A stretch of DNA of 23,038 nt, taken from NCBI GenBank assembly GCA_016708565.1, contig JADJFN010000037.1, positions 128,001 through 151,038 on the forward strand, in the 5' to 3' direction. The translations under genes were made by a program, and so were the position numbers. The stretch is from Myxococcales bacterium. Lineage in GTDB: Bacteria > Myxococcota_A > Polyangia > Haliangiales > Haliangiaceae. Below are positions 1-7,612 of this stretch, one piece after another. Within the stretch, counting starts at the first letter, position 1. Each line of letters opens with the position of its first letter. Below the pieces are notes generated by a model. It saw nothing but the letters and a program-made list of their open reading frames with translations, searched no databases and was not told the origin of the DNA.

Positions 1-1
1 T

Positions 2-796
2 GACGGCGTCCGGCTGAGCGACGCGCGACCGTTGCTGATCACGCACGTGCAGCCGCGCGACCTCGACCGACTGGTCGCGGCGATCACCTACGACGTCCCA
101 GGGACGACGAAGCTCCTGGCGGTCACGCAGGTCGACCCCGGCTCGTGGCAGCCGCAGCCCGGTGATGACCCGGACGATCCGTGCGTCGACACCGCGGAGG
201 ACTTGACCGAGGGCTTCGTGCTCGTCGTCGAGACGCGGCCGCGCGGGACGCCGATCCGCGCGATCGGTCCCGGCCCGGCGCCGCGGGCCGTCGCGGTCGG
301 TGCCGGCCTGTTGCAGACGGTCGCGGCCAGCGTCGAGCGCGGCGTGTTCCTCGAGGGGATCCGCCCCGAGACCGTCTACGCGGATGGTCACGCCTACGCG
401 GGCTGCCATGCCCGCCTGTGGCGCATCGAGATGAGCCCGTCGCGCCAGGGCGAGTTCGGTGGTGCCTTCGAGCCCGGCGGCTTCTTCGCGCCGGAGATCC
501 TGTGGTCGGATCCTCCGACGGCGACCAGCGACGCCTTCGCGGCGGCGGCGGTGCTGTGGTGGTTCGCGACCGGCGGCGATCCTTTCGGCGGACCTGACTT
601 CCATCAGCGCACGATCGACGGCCAGCTCGAGTCGTTCCCTGGCCCGCCCGAGCTGGGCGAGATCCTGGCGCCGATGCTGGCCCGCGACCCCGCGGCCCGG
701 CCGACGGCGGCGGAGTCGGCCGATCGGCTCGCGGCGCTGGCCCGCCGCTGGGACATCCCGGTGGCGCCGTTCCCGCCGCCGGGGCTCGACGAGTAG
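2..796 (+). CDS. Protein-kinase-like domain protein, 3' fragment (gene starts upstream of the window). Probable pseudokinase: 'GVFLEGIRPETVY' stands where the HRD catalytic loop would be, and no DFG is visible.
   Basis: Frame open from the window edge. The Hanks kinase C-lobe pattern is recognisable (APE-like 'FFAPEILW', then a helix resembling alphaF/G, 'DAFAAAAVLWWFATGGDPF'). The catalytic Asp and DFG appear to be substituted. GC3 is high. Confidence 0.55.
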   Translation, partial: DGVRLSDARPLLITHVQPRDLDRLVAAITYDVPGTTKLLAVTQVDPGSWQPQPGDDPDDPCVDTAEDLTEGFVLVVETRPRGTPIRAIGPGPAPRAVAVGAGLLQTVAASVERGVFLEGIRPETVYADGHAYAGCHARLWRIEMSPSRQGEFGGAFEPGGFFAPEILWSDPPTATSDAFAAAAVLWWFATGGDPFGGPDFHQRTIDGQLESFPGPPELGEILAPMLARDPAARPTAAESADRLAALARRWDIPVAPFPPPGLDE

Positions 797-850
797 CCCC
801 GCGGCCTCCGTTGAACCTGCCGGCGGCGGCGGGCATGATCGCCGGCGACC

Positions 851-2848
851 ATGCGCCCCTACACCGACGCGAGCGAGCACCTCGCGGATCAGCTGGCGGC
901 GGTGCGGGTGGCGCTGCGGCTGGCGGCGCGGCGGCGGAGTGGTGCGGACGCGGCGGAGCTGGCGCGGCTGGCGGAGCGCCGGGCCCGGATCGAGGGCGAG
1001 AGCGCGGCGCGGGCGGCGGTGTCGGAGCTGGCGCTGGTGCCGCTGGAGCGGGTGCGGCGCACGTTCCGGCTGTCGCCGACCGAGGTCGGCGTGCTGGTGC
1101 TGCTGACCGCGATCGAGGTCGACGTGCGGCTGCACGGGCTGGCGGTCGCGCTGATGAAGGACGCGGCCCGCGGCCACGTCGACGTCGGGTTCCTCGGCGA
1201 GGTGCTGTACGCCGACGCGCGGCAGCGGCTGCCGTTCGAGCTGGGCGCCGACGGCGCGCTGGTGCGGTTCGGGCTGGTGCAGCTGGACGGCGGCGCGCCG
1301 GTGTTCACGCTGGGGCGGCCGCGGGTCGCGGCGCGGGTGGTCGATCTGCTGCACGGGCGCGATCGCCTGGAGCGCGGGCTGGCGCGCGTCGTCGAGCCGA
1401 TCGCGCCGCTGCCGGCGGAGGCGCTGGTGGTCACCGAGGGCCAGCTGGTCGAGCTGGCCGGGCTGGTCGGCGCGGCGATCGAGCGGCCCGGGCACCCGGT
1501 GCTGGTGATGAGCGGCCCCGACGGCGCCGGGCGCAAGGCGCTGGTCGCGACGCTAGCGGCGACGGCCGGCGTGGCGACGCTGCGGGTGCGGGTGGCGGCG
1601 TTGCCGCGATCGGCGGGTGAGCTGGCCGCGGTCGGTGCGGCGCTGATGCGCGAGGCGATGCTGGCGCGCGCGGTGCTGGTGCTCGAGGGCGTCGATCAGG
1701 CGCCGCCCGGCGTCGGCCCGCTCGACGACGCGCTGTGCCCGGCGTATCCGGGGCCGATCGTCGCCACCGCTGGTCGCATCACCGGCCGACCGCCGGCGAT
1801 GGCCCGCGGCGTGGTGATCATCGAGCTGGGCGTGCCGGCCGAGACCGAGCGCGAGGCGCTGTGGCTGCGCGCGCTGCGCCCAGCGCCGGCGGCGCTGGCG
1901 CGCTGGGCCGGCGAGCGCTACGCGGTGACGCCGGGCGTGATCGCGCAGGCCGGCGCGTCGGCGGTGGCGCGCGCCGCGGCCCGCGCCGGCGACGACGCCG
2001 TGACCACCGCCGACGTCCACGCCGGCCTGCGCGGCGTGCTCGACGCCAAGCTGGCGACGCTGGGCACGCGGATCGCCTGGCGCCAGGGCTGGGACGAGCT
2101 GGTGCTGCCCGACGACGCGGCCGCCGAGATCCGCGAGTTCATCGCGCGCATCAAGCACCGCCGGCAGGTGTACGAGCACTGGGGCTTCGGCCGGAAGGTC
2201 GCCAAGGGCATGGGCCTGTCGGCGCTGTTCGCCGGGCCGCCTGGCACCGGCAAGACGATGGTCGCCGGCATCATCGCCGACGAGCTGGGCCTCGACCTCT
2301 ACCAGATCGACCTGTCGAAGGTGGTGAGCAAGTGGGTCGGCGAGACCGAGAAGAACCTCGGCGAGCTGTTCGACGCCGCCGAGGCCGGCCACGCGATCTT
2401 GCTGTTCGACGAGGCCGACGCGCTGTTCGCCAAGCGCACGCAGGTGCAGACCAGCAACGATCGCTACGCCAACCTCGAGGTGAACTACCTGCTGCAGCGG
2501 ATGGAGGCGTTCGCCGGCATCGTGATCCTGACGACCAACCACGAGACCGCGATCGACGAGGCGTTCCGGCGTCGGCTGTCGCTCAAGGTCGACTTCCCGG
2601 TGCCCGAGGCCGACGAGCGCGCCCGGCTGTGGCGCGCGCTGTTGCCGGCCGAGGCCGAGGTCGCCGCCGACATCGACGTCGACGCGCTGGCGCGGCGCTT
2701 CGAGATGACCGGCGGCTACATCAAGAACGCGACCGTGCGCGCGGCGTTCCTGGCCGCCGACGAGGGCGGGCCGATCGCGATGCGGCACCTGGTCCGCGCG
2801 GCCCGCGCCGAGTACCAGGCGATGGGCAAGGTCGTCTCGCACCTCTAA
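851..2848 (+). CDS. Two-domain AAA+ ATPase. The N-terminal AAA-like domain has a degenerate Walker A (GPDGAGRKA). The C-terminal domain is a canonical classic-clade AAA ([24 protein letters not shown], second region of homology).
   Basis: 665-aa uninterrupted ORF with very high GC3. Walker A 'GPPGTGKTM', Walker B '[10 protein letters not shown]', a sensor-1 'TTN' and Arg-finger-like 'FRRR' are all present. Confidence 0.85.
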   Translation: MRPYTDASEHLADQLAAVRVALRLAARRRSGADAAELARLAERRARIEGESAARAAVSELALVPLERVRRTFRLSPTEVGVLVLLTAIEVDVRLHGLAVALMKDAARGHVDVGFLGEVLYADARQRLPFELGADGALVRFGLVQLDGGAPVFTLGRPRVAARVVDLLHGRDRLERGLARVVEPIAPLPAEALVVTEGQLVELAGLVGAAIERPGHPVLVMSGPDGAGRKALVATLAATAGVATLRVRVAALPRSAGELAAVGAALMREAMLARAVLVLEGVDQAPPGVGPLDDALCPAYPGPIVATAGRITGRPPAMARGVVIIELGVPAETEREALWLRALRPAPAALARWAGERYAVTPGVIAQAGASAVARAAARAGDDAVTTADVHAGLRGVLDAKLATLGTRIAWRQGWDELVLPDDAAAEIREFIARIKHRRQVYEHWGFGRKVAKGMGLSALFAGPPGTGKTMVAGIIADELGLDLYQIDLSKVVSKWVGETEKNLGELFDAAEAGHAILLFDEADALFAKRTQVQTSNDRYANLEVNYLLQRMEAFAGIVILTTNHETAIDEAFRRRLSLKVDFPVPEADERARLWRALLPAEAEVAADIDVDALARRFEMTGGYIKNATVRAAFLAADEGGPIAMRHLVRAARAEYQAMGKVVSHL

Positions 2849-2914
2849 CGGTTGGCGCGGAGGCGCTTGACGGCCGGCGGGGCCCGTGGCGCGATCGCGC
2901 GCGAGGTGACGATC

Positions 2915-3379
2915 ATGGAGATGCCGAAGGTCGGTCGCGAGATGCAACGGTTGACGGAGCTGTTCGTGGGCTCGTGGCGCGGCGACGAGCGGCTGTTCCC
3001 GTCGGCGTGGGACCCGGTCGGCGGGCCCGCCGTCGGGACCTGGACGGTGCGGTCGGTCGCGGGCGGCTTCGCGCTGGCGTTGGAGTACATCGAGGAGCGC
3101 GACGGCCGGGTGACGTACCAGGGCCACGGCGTGCACGCCCAGGACGCCCACACCGGGCAGCTGGCCGCGTTCTGGTTCGACAGCATCGGCGTGGTGCCGA
3201 AGGCCGGCGTGCCGGCGACCCTCGAAGGCGATCGCTACACGTACACCGAGCGCACGCCGACCGGGCAGTCGCGGTTCACCTACGCGTGGCAGGGCGGCGT
3301 GTTCACGTTCGCGATCGATCGCTCGCCCGACGGCGTGACCTGGGCGCCGATGCACGCGGGCACGTACCGCCGGACGTGA
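2915..3379 (+). CDS. Small DUF1579-like hypothetical protein (predicted beta-rich fold).
   Basis: ATG at 2915 is preceded by GAGGTGA at a spacing of about 5 nt. High GC3. Starts 67 nt after the AAA gene stop on the same strand. The family assignment is from memory and is tentative. Confidence 0.55.
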   Translation: MEMPKVGREMQRLTELFVGSWRGDERLFPSAWDPVGGPAVGTWTVRSVAGGFALALEYIEERDGRVTYQGHGVHAQDAHTGQLAAFWFDSIGVVPKAGVPATLEGDRYTYTERTPTGQSRFTYAWQGGVFTFAIDRSPDGVTWAPMHAGTYRRT

Positions 3380-4096
3380 TCAGACGAACGTCGTGTCGGG
3401 CGGCCACGGCTGCTCGTCGACCGGCGGCAACGGCTTGGCGCGCGCGCCGGGCTTGGGCTCGGGGCCGAGCGGCAGGCGGCGCCCAGGCCAGTCGCGCATG
3501 AGCTCCCACGCGATCCGCGGCAGATCGAGCGCGCGGCCGCGATCGCCGCCGCGGCCGGTGGCCTGCCACACGCCGGCGATGCGCTCGAGGCCGACCGGCT
3601 CGGCGCTGTCGGGGAAGAACGCGGTGTCATGGACCACGTCGAACGCGGCCTTCTTGCCCTCGCTGACGCGCCAGCGCACGACGCCGGGGCTGAAGTACGT
3701 GGTCGGGATGCGATCGGGCGTCGTGACCCGGCCGGCGCGGAGGCGGGCGTCGACGACCAGCTGCGCGCGCAACAGCGGCGTGAGCCCGGCGGCGTCGCGG
3801 ACGATCGGCACGGCGGTGAACGCGAAGCGGGCCGGCGTCGACGCGGGCGGTGCGGGCGGCGGTGCGGGCGCCTCGACCTTGCGCTCGGCTGGCAGCTTGG
3901 TCGACGCGCGGCGCGGCGCAACGACGACCGGCTTGGCCGGCGGCGCGGGCTTGGCCTTGGCGGCGGGCTTGGCCTTGGCGGCGGGCTTGGCCTTGGCGGC
4001 GGGCTTGGCCTTGGCGGCGGGCTTGGCCTTGGCGGCGGGCTTGGCCTTGGCGGCCTTGGGAGCTGCCTGCTTCTTCTTCGCGACCGGACGCGCCAT
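3380..4096 (-). CDS. Histone H1 / AlgP-like DNA-binding protein. The N-terminus carries (AKPAAK)x7 Lys/Ala repeats, followed by a ~170-aa uncharacterised C-terminal globular domain.
   Basis: ATG (revcomp) at about 4094-4096; protein begins 'MARPVAKKKQAAPKAAKAKPAAKAKPAAK...'. Encoded partly by perfect 18-bp tandem DNA repeats. High GC3. Last gene of the minus-strand operon. Confidence 0.7.
   Translation of the reverse strand: MARPVAKKKQAAPKAAKAKPAAKAKPAAKAKPAAKAKPAAKAKPAAKAKPAPPAKPVVVAPRRASTKLPAERKVEAPAPPPAPPASTPARFAFTAVPIVRDAAGLTPLLRAQLVVDARLRAGRVTTPDRIPTTYFSPGVVRWRVSEGKKAAFDVVHDTAFFPDSAEPVGLERIAGVWQATGRGGDRGRALDLPRIAWELMRDWPGRRLPLGPEPKPGARAKPLPPVDEQPWPPDTTFV
3929..4060. repeat. Tandem array of an 18-bp unit (gggcttggccttggcggc): 6 perfect copies plus 1 degenerate copy, encoding AKPAAK repeats on the minus strand.
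   Basis: Read directly: six perfect units occupy 3947-4054, with a 15/18 copy at 3929-3946. Confidence 0.9.
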
Positions 4097-4152
4097 GGCG
4101 GCGATCGTCCCGGATCTACGTCGGGCGCGCAATTTCTCGCGGGCGCGAACGG

Positions 4153-5166
4153 CTAGAACGGCACCGGATCGCCGTCGACCAGCTCGCGCGCCAGCTCGAC
4201 GATCGAGCGCGGCGACGAGCCTTCGGCCTTGTTGTTGACGATCACCGTCGCAGGCACCCCGCGGGCCAGCGCGCCGCGCAGCAGGTCGACGATGGCGCGG
4301 CGGCTGCGCGGATCGGGATCGACCAGGCGATCGAACGGTTGGTACGCCGCCAGCGCGCTCTCGTAGTCGTGGTGGGCGGCCAGCATCCAGCGGATCACCA
4401 GCGCCGCCGCCTCGTGGGCGCGGGTGAGCTTGGCCTGCACGTCGAGCGGCGGCAGGCCCGGCAACAGCGCCAGGCCGGGCACCGCGTCGACGGCGCGCAG
4501 CGCGGCGGCGTAGTCGGGGGTCAGCAGCTCGGCGGTGCGCACCTCGACGGCGTAGCGCGGGCCGCGCGGCAGCTCGCGCAAGAAGCGGTACAGGCGCTCG
4601 GCGAACCGGCGCGGCGCCGACTTGCCGCCGGGGCCGGCCAGCAGCTCGGCGGGCTGCGGCGCGAACTGGAACAACAGCACGCCGCCGCGCGGCCCGAGGC
4701 CATCGACGAACGGCGCGATCACCGCGTCCGTGGCGTAGGCCGGATCGAGGTACTGCGGGCTGGCCTGGCCGCGCAGCGCGCCGTAGCGGGCGTGGGCCGG
4801 GAAGCGCGCCAGGGTCAGCGCCTCGTGGGCCTTGACCAGGAAGCGGAACGTCGCCGGCACCGCCGCGGCGTAGGCGGCCAGCGTGTCGACGCCGACCGGC
4901 GCGTAGAACGTGCGATCGACGCCGACCGCGCCGAGGAGCGGGTGCGCGGCGTACGCGCCCAGGCCGCCCTTGGCCAGCGCCGCCTCGGTGGCGACGTCGC
5001 GGTAGACCGCGCCGGCCCACCCGGGGAACGACCACGACGACGTGCCCAGCCGCACCGTCGTCGGCACGGCCGCGCCCAGCCGCCGGGTGTCATCGTCGAC
5101 GGCGGCTGGCTCGATCGCCCCGCGCTTCGGCGCCGGGGGCGCGCCGAACATGTCGAGCTGGGTCAT
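4153..5166 (-). CDS. DUF72 (UPF0759, YecE-like) TIM-barrel protein.
   Basis: 337-aa ORF. Its motifs align with E. coli YecE ('GTSSWSFPGW' ~ 'GLPQWSHPKW'; 'FRFLVKAHEALT' ~ 'FRFCFKFPATIS'). The start ATG overlaps the upstream methyltransferase stop (ATGA). Confidence 0.8.
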   Translation of the reverse strand: MTQLDMFGAPPAPKRGAIEPAAVDDDTRRLGAAVPTTVRLGTSSWSFPGWAGAVYRDVATEAALAKGGLGAYAAHPLLGAVGVDRTFYAPVGVDTLAAYAAAVPATFRFLVKAHEALTLARFPAHARYGALRGQASPQYLDPAYATDAVIAPFVDGLGPRGGVLLFQFAPQPAELLAGPGGKSAPRRFAERLYRFLRELPRGPRYAVEVRTAELLTPDYAAALRAVDAVPGLALLPGLPPLDVQAKLTRAHEAAALVIRWMLAAHHDYESALAAYQPFDRLVDPDPRSRRAIVDLLRGALARGVPATVIVNNKAEGSSPRSIVELARELVDGDPVPF

Positions 5167-6530
5167 GGCCGCGGATCGGGGCGGCGCTCCACCACGATCA
5201 CGTGCTCGCGCTTGCCGCGCTCACCGAACGCGGTGCGCTCGAGCGCGCCGAGGATCGGCCGCTGCTGCGACGCCCACGCCACCACCGCCAGGCGATCGTC
5301 GAGCGCCGCGCGCAGATCGTCGTCGGCGTACATCGGCCGCACGCCGGCCATCGAGTCGCCGATCACGAACGCCGCCCACGCGCCCGGCACCATCACGCCG
5401 GCCAGCGCGTCGAGCCACGCGATCTGGCTCTCCTTCCAGCGCCGGGCCGCCTCGAGCGAGTTCGACGCGAAGCCGCGCCGCGTGCCCAGCTCGCCCTCGT
5501 CGAAGGCGCGGTGGCGGATGCCGAGGAAGTCGAAGCGCAGCCGGTGCTGATCGGCGTAGTCGTAGGTGCCGGGGTAGGGCGGCGAGGTGACGACCGCGCC
5601 GATCCGCGGCAGGCCCAGCGCGCCGAGCGTGCGGGCGTCGGCCTCGTGCACCACCGTCGGCGGCATCCGGCCCACCGCGAGGTCCTGGATGCCGGCCACG
5701 ATCATCGACACGCGCTCGCCGAACCAGCGGGCGGCCGCGCCGCGCGGCACGTGGCGCTCGACCCAGGTCGGGTCGGTGTCGCTCTTGCGGCTCGACACCT
5801 TGTACAGCACCGCCGACAGCGCGATCGTCAGCAGCTCGGCGACCTCGGGGTCGTCGTGGCGCACGTCGTCGATCGCGGTGGCGATGGCCTCGAGCTCGCG
5901 GCGCACGTGCGGCGCGAACCACTTGCCGATCCGCCGCTGGCGCGCGTTGGGATCGAAGCCCTCGGGCGCGCGCATCGGCGCCGCCGAGAACCCGGCGCGC
6001 CGCGCCTCCTTGCCCGACATCAGCACCTCGGCGGCGATGCGCAGGCCGGCGTCCTTGGCGTTGCGGCGGCGGGGCACCGGCGGGGTCCAGGTCTTGACCC
6101 GCGCCAGCCGCACCGCCAGCGGGTTGAGATCGACGCCGACCGCGACCACGCCCAGCGCGCGGGCCTCGACCAGCGTGGTGCCCGAGCCGCAGAACGGATC
6201 GAGCAGCGCGGTGCCGTCGGGCATGCGCTCGCTGACCACCTCGACCAGCGCGCGCGCGGTGGCGGGGTGGAGGCGCGCCGGGTAGGTGTGGACCGGGTGG
6301 GTCAGGCTGTCGGCGACGACGTCGTCGTGGGCGGCCGCGAGCAGCGCCTCGGCCAGCGCCTCGCTGATCGCGCGATCGCCGCCGATGTCGATGCGACCGG
6401 GGGCGCGCGGCATCGACAGGCCGCGGCGGGGGCCACCGGGCGCGCGCGGGCCGGGCGGCGGTCCGCTCGGGCGGGGGCGCGGGCGCGCGGGGCGTGGGCC
6501 GCGGCGCGGCGGTGGCGTACGTCCTGCCAT
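5163..6530 (-). CDS. SAM-dependent methyltransferase, N6-adenine/N4-cytosine DNA (or RNA m2G) methylase-like. Motif I is DPFCGSGTT and motif IV is TSPPY. It has an N-terminal Pro/Arg-rich basic extension.
   Basis: 455-aa ORF with high GC3. Motif I 'LLDPFCGSGTTLVEA' precedes motif IV 'VVTSPPYPGTYDY' by about 210 aa. An alternative start at internal Met-40 (about 6413) is possible, since the first 40 aa are low-complexity P/R/G. Confidence 0.72.
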   Translation of the reverse strand: MAGRTPPPRRGPRPARPRPRPSGPPPGPRAPGGPRRGLSMPRAPGRIDIGGDRAISEALAEALLAAAHDDVVADSLTHPVHTYPARLHPATARALVEVVSERMPDGTALLDPFCGSGTTLVEARALGVVAVGVDLNPLAVRLARVKTWTPPVPRRRNAKDAGLRIAAEVLMSGKEARRAGFSAAPMRAPEGFDPNARQRRIGKWFAPHVRRELEAIATAIDDVRHDDPEVAELLTIALSAVLYKVSSRKSDTDPTWVERHVPRGAAARWFGERVSMIVAGIQDLAVGRMPPTVVHEADARTLGALGLPRIGAVVTSPPYPGTYDYADQHRLRFDFLGIRHRAFDEGELGTRRGFASNSLEAARRWKESQIAWLDALAGVMVPGAWAAFVIGDSMAGVRPMYADDDLRAALDDRLAVVAWASQQRPILGALERTAFGERGKREHVIVVERRPDPRP

Positions 6531-6550
6531 CCGCGCACCCTACCATCGAC

Positions 6551-7267
6551 TCACGCCGCGTGCGCCGCCAGCTCGTCGAGGAACGCCGCGCCCGCCGCGC
6601 CGTCGACGCCGGCCGCGGCCAGGCCCGGCAGCAGCACCTCGCGCATCGCCGCCAGGAACGCCGCCCGGCGCTGGGCGATCGGCGACGAGCCGTGGCGCGC
6701 CATCGCCGCCTCGTCACCGACGATCGCGTGCGGTCGGAACAGGTCGATGCGCACCGCGCCGCGCAGCATCGCCGGCAGGTGCGCCGCGATCGCCTGGGCG
6801 TGGGCGGCGTCGAGCGGGTGGGTGGCGAGGAACTGCCAGCCCAGCCGGCTGTGCTGGACCTCGTCGGCGAGGATCCGCCGCGCGGCGCGCTCGATCGCGC
6901 GGTCGTCGATCGCGGGCAGGCCGTCGGCGACCAGCGCGGTGTTCGAGGTCTCGGTGACGCAGCAGAACGCGATCACCTCGTACAGCACGCGGGCGTGCGG
7001 CGACCAGCTCGGCGGCGCGACCTCGGGGGCGGGATCGTCGTCCGCCTGCCACGCCGCGCCGAACCGCGCCGCCAGGCCCGCGCACAGCTCGACGTGGGCG
7101 TGCTCCTGGCGCGCCGCCTCGCGGGCGGCGGCGATCAGCGCCGGCGCGCAGCCAGCCGCGGCCATGCGCTCGGCGAGTCGGGCGAAGCGGTGGGCCGCGC
7201 CCCACTCGACCGACGCGCGGTAGGCCCAGCGGCGGCCGAGCTCGGCGGTGGTGATCGCGTCGAGCAC
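6551..7267 (-). CDS. Ferritin-like diiron-carboxylate four-helix-bundle protein, a putative oxidase/hydroxylase.
   Basis: Two ExxH motifs ('QEHAH', 'DEVQH') plus two further helix glutamates ('VEW'/'AER', 'TETSN') fit the E/ExxH/E/ExxH diiron ligand set. GTG start. One-nt gap to the upstream lipoprotein gene. Confidence 0.65.
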   Translation of the reverse strand: MLDAITTAELGRRWAYRASVEWGAAHRFARLAERMAAAGCAPALIAAAREAARQEHAHVELCAGLAARFGAAWQADDDPAPEVAPPSWSPHARVLYEVIAFCCVTETSNTALVADGLPAIDDRAIERAARRILADEVQHSRLGWQFLATHPLDAAHAQAIAAHLPAMLRGAVRIDLFRPHAIVGDEAAMARHGSSPIAQRRAAFLAAMREVLLPGLAAAGVDGAAGAAFLDELAAHAA

Positions 7268-7268
7268 G

Positions 7269-7550
7269 TCAGCCTCCGAACCAGCCGCGCACGCCGCCGG
7301 CCGCGGGGTCGGGCGTCGCGGGGGCCGGGGCCGCCGCCGGGGCCGGGGCCGGCTTCGTCGGGGCGGCGTGCGCGGTCGACGGCGCCGCGGCCGCGGGAGC
7401 GTCGGGCGCTGCGGCGGTCGGGGCCGGCGCCGCCTGCGCGTCGGGGCTGGGCGTGGTCGGCTGCCGCTGCGCGGGGCGATCGCAGGCGGCGGCCGTCAGC
7501 GCGCCGCCGATGACCAGGACGTTGTAGAGCTTCTTGATCGTGTCGTTCAC
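7269..7550 (-). CDS. Small Pro/Ala-rich lipoprotein.
   Basis: GTG start preceded by AAGGAGACCCCC. The N-terminus 'MNDTIKKLYNVLVIGGALTAAAC' is a lipoprotein-like signal with Cys. The first codons are locally AT-richer, typical of real starts in this genome. The stop sits 1 nt from the next gene's start. Confidence 0.6.
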   Translation of the reverse strand: MNDTIKKLYNVLVIGGALTAAACDRPAQRQPTTPSPDAQAAPAPTAAAPDAPAAAAPSTAHAAPTKPAPAPAAAPAPATPDPAAGGVRGWFGG

Positions 7551-7612
7551 GGGGGTCTCCTTGGTGAGTCACCCGAGCAACGGCGGCCGGCGGCGACCGG
7601 CGCATGGAATCG

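Noticed and set aside
851-2848. The AAA+ ATPase as part of an extracellular contractile injection system (Afp15-like)
   Set aside because: No sheath, tube, baseplate or other eCIS genes occur anywhere in the window. This remains only a possibility for upstream sequence.
3929-4060. The tandem repeat arrays (also 13271-13297 and 22561-22600) considered as CRISPR arrays
   Set aside because: The units are directly adjacent with no spacers, are 9-20 bp long, lie inside or adjacent to coding sequence, and no cas genes are present.
3850-5550. Long plus-strand ORFs (e.g. 3850-5550, 5202-7223, 3629-4156 with GLGLGGG repeats) overlapping the minus-strand operon
   Set aside because: They are mirror or shadow ORFs, typical of 72% GC DNA. 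Their GC3 is lower than that of the minus-strand frames. They lack recognisable homology and start context, and the GLGLGGG product is just the reverse-complement reading of the AKPAAK repeat.
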